Assembly (NCBI GenBank): GCA_963791045.1
Contig: CAWBQK010000009.1
Coordinates: 32,001 to 96,000 of the forward strand
DNA: 64,000 bases
From: Candidatus Latescibacterota bacterium
GTDB taxonomy: Bacteria; Krumholzibacteriota; Krumholzibacteriia; WVZY01
Direction: 5' to 3'
Part shown: piece by piece, positions 58,913-64,000 of the stretch
Layout of the letters: each line of letters opens with the position of its first letter
How positions within the stretch are numbered: the first letter of the stretch is position 1
The notes under the pieces: model-generated
The model's database searches: none
What the model was told of the DNA's origin: nothing
Seen by the model: the letters and a program-made list of their open reading frames with translations, nothing else
Translations under genes and position numbers: made by a program

Positions 58913-59464
58913 CTATTTCCCCGGCGGGAAATTGCCGAGAATAATGTCAACGGCCTTGGTGATCCGCTCGTTTTTCTTCTCGGGATCCTGGGTGGGTTTG
59001 ACCTCGGCTTCGACCGACCCTTTCCATGCAAGCTGTTTGGAGGCAGCGTCGAAGATATTGATCTCGAGGAATCCCTGCCGCCATTCATATGAGTACGTGT
59101 ACGACCAGTCAAATTCCGTATACGGAAAGTCTTTGTACGCATCCGTTGTCTGGGTCATGGTCATTTCGTCTTTGACTACGCCATGATACATAACGAGGAA
59201 GTCGGGGTCTTCGGTGTTCCGCTTATAACCTCTTGCGGTGAGGTGTTTATCGATGGCGTTGAGAATACGGGCATGGGTAAACCCATCCACCGGACCTGCA
59301 TCCACCGCCCTGTCCGCCGGCTCGGGCAGCCAGTTCCAGGACTGGTATTGGGCAAACTCCACGGTGGGGTCATAGTCCGAATGCTTCTGCACACTCGAGC
59401 ATCCGGCAAGGACGACCGGCGCGAGAATGACCACCGCGGCAAACATTACAAATAGATTTTTCAT
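58913..59464 (-). CDS. DUF4136-like lipoprotein
   Basis: LAGC lipobox, DYDP, PDFLV, GFLEINIFDA..WKG, FPP end. Confidence 0.8.
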   Translation of the reverse strand: MKNLFVMFAAVVILAPVVLAGCSSVQKHSDYDPTVEFAQYQSWNWLPEPADRAVDAGPVDGFTHARILNAIDKHLTARGYKRNTEDPDFLVMYHGVVKDEMTMTQTTDAYKDFPYTEFDWSYTYSYEWRQGFLEINIFDAASKQLAWKGSVEAEVKPTQDPEKKNERITKAVDIILGNFPPGK

Positions 59465-59522
59465 ATTCGAGTCACCTTGTCCCGTTGTTGAATCGCGCAC
59501 GGCCGATCGTTGCGAGCGCCCG

Positions 59523-60248
59523 TTACAAGAAAAATGTCATCCCAAAACCCAACCCCGACTGAATGAGATCGTACTTAAAAAGATCGTCGCCGCTGCCCGT
59601 CGAGTAGTTGACGCCCCACGCTCTGTATCCGACGAAGAACGCGACATTGACCGCGAAGTAGTCGACACCAACAAATGCATTCCAGGAGAAATCAGATCCC
59701 ACGCCGAACCCGCCGACATCACCGCGCAAAATAAATCGTGTGTTCTCGACAAATTCGTATGCGTAGCGCGCGCCGACGATCGGATCGATCCAATTCTCGC
59801 TTCCGCTGGACTCGGGCTCTCCTTCTTCGGTTCGATCAATAGCAACATCCATGTACCGAACCCCACCGAGAACCTCGAATCCGTAATCCATGTGATACGC
59901 CGCCCCCCCTTCCAACCGCCACGAGTTCATCTCCGTCCGGGTCGTATCTTCTTCATGATCGTTCCGCGTCAACTTGAAATCGAGAAGCAAAGATAAGTTG
60001 CGTTTCTTGCCCTCAACATGAAAATTCATGCTCCACGATCTGAGATTCCACATGTCACTGGCGCTGTAATCGATCGATTCACGCTGACCATCAACCGCGA
60101 CATCACCGCTGAGCGCAGCCATCCAGAAGTACGGCGAAAACTCGATGTTCCACCTGTTCCTGCTGTGCGGCCTTTGCGAAAAGGCGTCTGTGACACCGGA
60201 GACGAGCAGCAACGGAACCAGAAGCAGGACGACTATTATATGTTTCAT
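59523..60248 (-). CDS. Hypothetical outer-membrane beta-barrel protein
   Basis: PYFW, WIDPIVGAR, GDVGGFG, GYR. Confidence 0.7.
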   Translation of the reverse strand: MKHIIVVLLLVPLLLVSGVTDAFSQRPHSRNRWNIEFSPYFWMAALSGDVAVDGQRESIDYSASDMWNLRSWSMNFHVEGKKRNLSLLLDFKLTRNDHEEDTTRTEMNSWRLEGGAAYHMDYGFEVLGGVRYMDVAIDRTEEGEPESSGSENWIDPIVGARYAYEFVENTRFILRGDVGGFGVGSDFSWNAFVGVDYFAVNVAFFVGYRAWGVNYSTGSGDDLFKYDLIQSGLGFGMTFFL

Positions 60249-60329
60249 CGATTGAGCTCCAGATTAAGGTTCGCCGGCAATACTATCAAAGCCGCCGTTG
60301 CGGCGAGAACGAAACCACGGCCGCAGCTA

Positions 60330-62630
60330 CTAGCGTTTCTTTCTTGACCCGCCCGACCCGCCGGATCGCTGCCTTGGCTGAGAACTACTGGATTGCTGTC
60401 TTGACTGCGAACTCTGCCGGTAACTCTGGGTGTTCGCCGTTCCACGCTGACGTGAGTTGTGCTGCTTGTTCAGATCTTGTTGCTTCCGCTGAGTCTGTGA
60501 CTTGTCGCGGCTTGACGGCTGCTGCTTGTCCATCGACGACCACCCGTTCTTGTTGTTCTGTTCCCACCCCTTGTCTGTCTTTCGATAGACATTGCCGCTC
60601 TTGTCCGAGTAGACATTGTTCTGCCGGCTCGAAGCTCCGCCCAGTTGTTGACTGGATCTGTTTTGGGTTCCCTTCTGGTTCGCCGTCGCCGTCCGCGGCT
60701 GTTTTCCGGCCGCGGGTTGGGTCGACGCTCCCTTACGGTTCGCAGTGGTCGTTCGCGCCCGCTCACCGGTGTTGCGCACGCCGTCTCGTTGTTTGTACAG
60801 GTTTGGCGAAGGCTGCCTTTGCCCGGCGCGATACCCAGCGGCATACCCCGCGCTGGCCCCTTGCCGGTAACCATGATGATAACCGTGGTGATATCCGTGA
60901 CGATACCCATGACGGTACCCGGTCGGGCCCCAATATCCCCTGTAAGGACTGCCGAACCCTACGTGAAACCATCCGTAGCTCATCCCGTAGCTGAAACCCC
61001 ACCCCGTCCAAGGGTTGTAGTGAACGCGAAACCCGTAGGTGACCGGGCGCGGATAATAATAGTGGCCGTACCAGGGTCTGTACCAGTACCCCGTTCCATA
61101 CACGACGCAGCCGCCGTACGCATAGGACCCGTAATAACCCGGCGTGTACCCCACGTACACGACGTCCGGCGTCGAGTCGTACACGTACACGTACTTTACA
61201 TTGTAGACGGGCTCACTCGGTGGAATCGACTGCACGTCGTCGGGAACGCTCACGCATACCACCCACGGCCCCGTCGCATTGGCCGATTCGAACCATACGG
61301 CGTTGTCACAGCAGTAGTACTTACCATCGATATGAAGCACCGACTTGCCCGTGTTCACCGCGTAGGACACGTTCGTGTCCTCTATCCTCTTGAACTCCGG
61401 ATTGCCGTCGTAGGTAACTTCAACGGTCGCGGTTTTACGGTCGACCGTCGCCGTTTGTGGAATTTGGTTTTCGAGAGCCGCATCGCGGGCTTCCTGAGTG
61501 CCGGCCACACTGGCAAGTACCGATTCCATATCGGACCCGGCCGGAATATTCGGGAAATCTTTTGGCAAGCTGTCGGGGGATACAAAAGTCCACTCGGCGC
61601 CGGTAAGTGATTTCGATGTATACCATCGGCCCGAAATCAACACGTAGTAAGTCTGGGACCCGATATCCATGATGATGTCGTTCTCGGTGTTTTTCATGTA
61701 CAAGAGTTCTGTGCCCTCGACGGACGCATACTCGGGCGCGCCATCCGACATCAGCAGCTCGGTGGGTTCGGTGGCAACAACAACCTGTGGAATCACGGGT
61801 TCCGCCGGTTCTTCGGTTTCCGCTTCTTCGGGATCCACAGGCGCCTCGGCTTCGTCTTCGGGGGGCGCTTCCTCGACATGATCTTTGGCCAGGTCGACGA
61901 CCTCTTTCGGCGGATCATCGATCGTCTGCCAACCGCTCATCACATCTTTGGACGTGTACCAGTACTCGCCGCCCTTGAGAAAGAAGCGTTTCGACGCCGG
62001 GTCCTCGACAACAAAGAAGGGGGTATTCACGAGATATTTATATTTCGAACCTTCAATCTCGTCAAAAATCGGATCGCCGTCGATCATCACGAGAACCGCG
62101 ATGTGATCCGTGTACAGAATCTTCGGTGGTTCATTATTTATTTGTTCCGATAAAGTCTTCTCCTGCTCGACCAGGTCCATCTCGGCAAGAAGCCGGTCAA
62201 GCGAGAAGGAGAGATCGGCCTTGGCAAAGGAATCTTCGATAATAGCCACCAACTGCGCGGATTGTGCTTCATCAAGCGTGGGAAATTTGATCGCGTCGAT
62301 TTTGAGCTCGAGGAGATCGACCATTCTTGTTTCGAAGTCCGTCGACACACGAGAGTCGAACCACACGGCGCCGAACACCGGCTCGGCATTCTCCGTTTCT
62401 TTGACCATCACCGCCGAACGACTCATGATTTTGTCGGATTCGAACGACTCGAGCTGGGGCTGATAGACCACCACAGTCGCCATGCCCGCTTGTATCTCGC
62501 GGGGCCAGTCCATGTACTTGCCCTCGTCGGCGGCATCCTGGGACAGAGCGATCGCCACGGTGGACAAGACCACGGCGGCCGTCAAAGCGATTGTCGCCCA
62601 TACTCTGCATATCTCCGAGATCGATCTCAT
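60330..62630 (-). CDS. Secreted protein with Tyr/Gly-rich and Q/S/R-rich low-complexity C-terminus
   Basis: Signal peptide, WPRE..YQPQ, VYVGYTPGY, GYxHG repeats. Confidence 0.7.
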   Translation of the reverse strand: MRSISEICRVWATIALTAAVVLSTVAIALSQDAADEGKYMDWPREIQAGMATVVVYQPQLESFESDKIMSRSAVMVKETENAEPVFGAVWFDSRVSTDFETRMVDLLELKIDAIKFPTLDEAQSAQLVAIIEDSFAKADLSFSLDRLLAEMDLVEQEKTLSEQINNEPPKILYTDHIAVLVMIDGDPIFDEIEGSKYKYLVNTPFFVVEDPASKRFFLKGGEYWYTSKDVMSGWQTIDDPPKEVVDLAKDHVEEAPPEDEAEAPVDPEEAETEEPAEPVIPQVVVATEPTELLMSDGAPEYASVEGTELLYMKNTENDIIMDIGSQTYYVLISGRWYTSKSLTGAEWTFVSPDSLPKDFPNIPAGSDMESVLASVAGTQEARDAALENQIPQTATVDRKTATVEVTYDGNPEFKRIEDTNVSYAVNTGKSVLHIDGKYYCCDNAVWFESANATGPWVVCVSVPDDVQSIPPSEPVYNVKYVYVYDSTPDVVYVGYTPGYYGSYAYGGCVVYGTGYWYRPWYGHYYYPRPVTYGFRVHYNPWTGWGFSYGMSYGWFHVGFGSPYRGYWGPTGYRHGYRHGYHHGYHHGYRQGASAGYAAGYRAGQRQPSPNLYKQRDGVRNTGERARTTTANRKGASTQPAAGKQPRTATANQKGTQNRSSQQLGGASSRQNNVYSDKSGNVYRKTDKGWEQNNKNGWSSMDKQQPSSRDKSQTQRKQQDLNKQHNSRQRGTANTQSYRQSSQSRQQSSSSQPRQRSGGSGGSRKKR

Positions 62631-62700
62631 TTCAATTGCCTCTTCTGGTTATCGTACCCAATACAAAAACTCAAAAACGTTCATGCAGCCGATTTGTTCA

Positions 62701-63576
62701 TCAAGGCAGCAAGGATTGCCGCGCCGGAATGGCAAGGACCGCGCACGGCGACCTTCTCACCACTTGTTCCGACCGGCTGCCCTTGAGCGCACCGAGAATT
62801 CCTTCCGGCCCTTCGGTTGTCATTAATATCAGGTCGACGGATTCTTGCTCGGCGACCTCGATGACACTTGCGACCGAATCTCCCGACACATCGCGTGTCG
62901 TCCACGCGCACCCCGGCGACTCTGGATGATTGACCTTTGTAATTTCTTTTTTGTCTGAAATGTTGAGCATAATTATTTCGACCGGCGACGACGCGGACAA
63001 ACCGGCGACAAGACCGGCGGTCGTGGCGGCGATCCCCGAGCCGGAGCTATGATCGACGGCGACCAGGATCTTTTTGAGATCAATCCGGCCATCGTCGAGA
63101 GAAACAAAACCGCGGGCAGAACTAGGGACGAAAAGCGTCCTGGTTTCCGAGCCTCGCGCGATCCCCTCGGCCATCGACGGACGTAGCCAGCGGGGCAGGC
63201 CGTCTCGACCCTGTGTCGCCACAACGATGAGATCCGTGGGGTTCTCGTCGATGTAGTCGATCACGGCGGAGAGCGGTCGTCTCTTCTGAAGGCTCACCTT
63301 TTTGACCCGGACATCGAGCTCCCTGAAGATCGCCGTGCGCGATCCGCCGTCTTCGAGCAGACCCCAGCGTTCTAACGTCGCCCGCACCGACGGGAAATTC
63401 GACCATCGTTTTCTTTTATCGCCGACGCCGGCATTGAGCATGGTGAGGCTCGTCTTCTCGTGAAGCGCAATCGCCAGCGCGTGCGCAAATGCCCGTTCGC
63501 TTTCCTCGGAGAAATCGGACGGGTGGAAGATCGATTCGACAAACGGTTTGTGATCGTACGTTTGGCTCACAACCAT
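62701..63576 (-). CDS. Tandem universal stress protein
   Basis: IFHPSDFS, DLIVVATQGR, ILVAVD, GSRSEQVVRRSPCAVL. Confidence 0.85.
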   Translation of the reverse strand: MVVSQTYDHKPFVESIFHPSDFSEESERAFAHALAIALHEKTSLTMLNAGVGDKRKRWSNFPSVRATLERWGLLEDGGSRTAIFRELDVRVKKVSLQKRRPLSAVIDYIDENPTDLIVVATQGRDGLPRWLRPSMAEGIARGSETRTLFVPSSARGFVSLDDGRIDLKKILVAVDHSSGSGIAATTAGLVAGLSASSPVEIIMLNISDKKEITKVNHPESPGCAWTTRDVSGDSVASVIEVAEQESVDLILMTTEGPEGILGALKGSRSEQVVRRSPCAVLAIPARQSLLP

Positions 63577-63653
63577 AAAATCCTCGACTAATGCAATACC
63601 ACCGCAACTCGCTTCAAATAGAGTATACCCTACTCAACCCAGCCCGCGCCGGG

Positions 63654-64000
63654 TTAATAGTCCTTGGACCAGCCGAAGCCGAGGCTTGTTTGCCCGCGCT
63701 GGCCGTATGTCGATTCCAGCCTGAACTGGCCTCGCAGAAAATACTCAAGGCTGACAAAAGAGTCCGACTCCGGATCCAGCGCCTGCGCGTAACTCAACAA
63801 CGCCCTGGGGTTCAGATATTTTCCAACCGTCAGCGCGGTGCCTTCGTTGTCGCGGCCCGTGCTGGTGATCGAGACAACGTCCACCCCGACCTGACCGCCA
63901 AACTCCTCCTGGAGTTTGGCCGCGCCCAGCGATGCGATCATTTCTGTGGATCGTTTTTTAACGAGATCCGCCTGACCGTCGTCGAGATCATCGAATGTCC
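63654..64000 (-). CDS. tamB: TamB-like protein, C-terminal part (begins beyond the window)
   Basis: LTVGKYL..LEYFL..WSKDY, typical of the DUF490 C-terminus. Confidence 0.65.
   Translation of the reverse strand, partial: TFDDLDDGQADLVKKRSTEMIASLGAAKLQEEFGGQVGVDVVSITSTGRDNEGTALTVGKYLNPRALLSYAQALDPESDSFVSLEYFLRGQFRLESTYGQRGQTSLGFGWSKDY

Noticed and set aside
1-64000. CRISPR arrays, tRNA/rRNA, transposases, prophage genes
   Set aside because: No regularly spaced repeats or diagnostic sequences seen.

Overview
GC-rich bacterial window from an anaerobic diderm. Gene style (MIGKTISHY Ser/Thr kinase-TPR proteins, lipoprotein sulfatase-likes, many beta-barrels) suggests an FCB-type lineage such as Latescibacterota/Krumholzibacteriota; this is inference only. 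The core is a ~31 kb energy island. Two paralogous, divergent MarR regulators, each with a C-terminal Cx2Cx7Cx9C tail, head (left) a NuoE/NuoF/NuoG-FdhF-like HydABC(Bfu)-type module plus NfnAB, and (right) hdrCBA-mvhDGA, a hydrogenase protease, hypAB, iorAB and an ADP-forming acyl-CoA synthetase. These are followed by two pentaheme cytochromes c, a Cyc2-like cytochrome-porin fusion and a NikR-controlled nickel uptake operon. The rest holds an NtrY/NtrX-like system flanked by three sigma54-type promoters driving outer-membrane genes, two kinase-TPR genes plus a kinase stub, icmF preceded by tandem NrdR-box-like palindromes, and envelope genes. Many genes carry single-base frameshifts, most likely long-read assembly errors. 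No rRNA, tRNA, CRISPR array or transposase was seen. All calls are from motif reading by eye; no searches were run.
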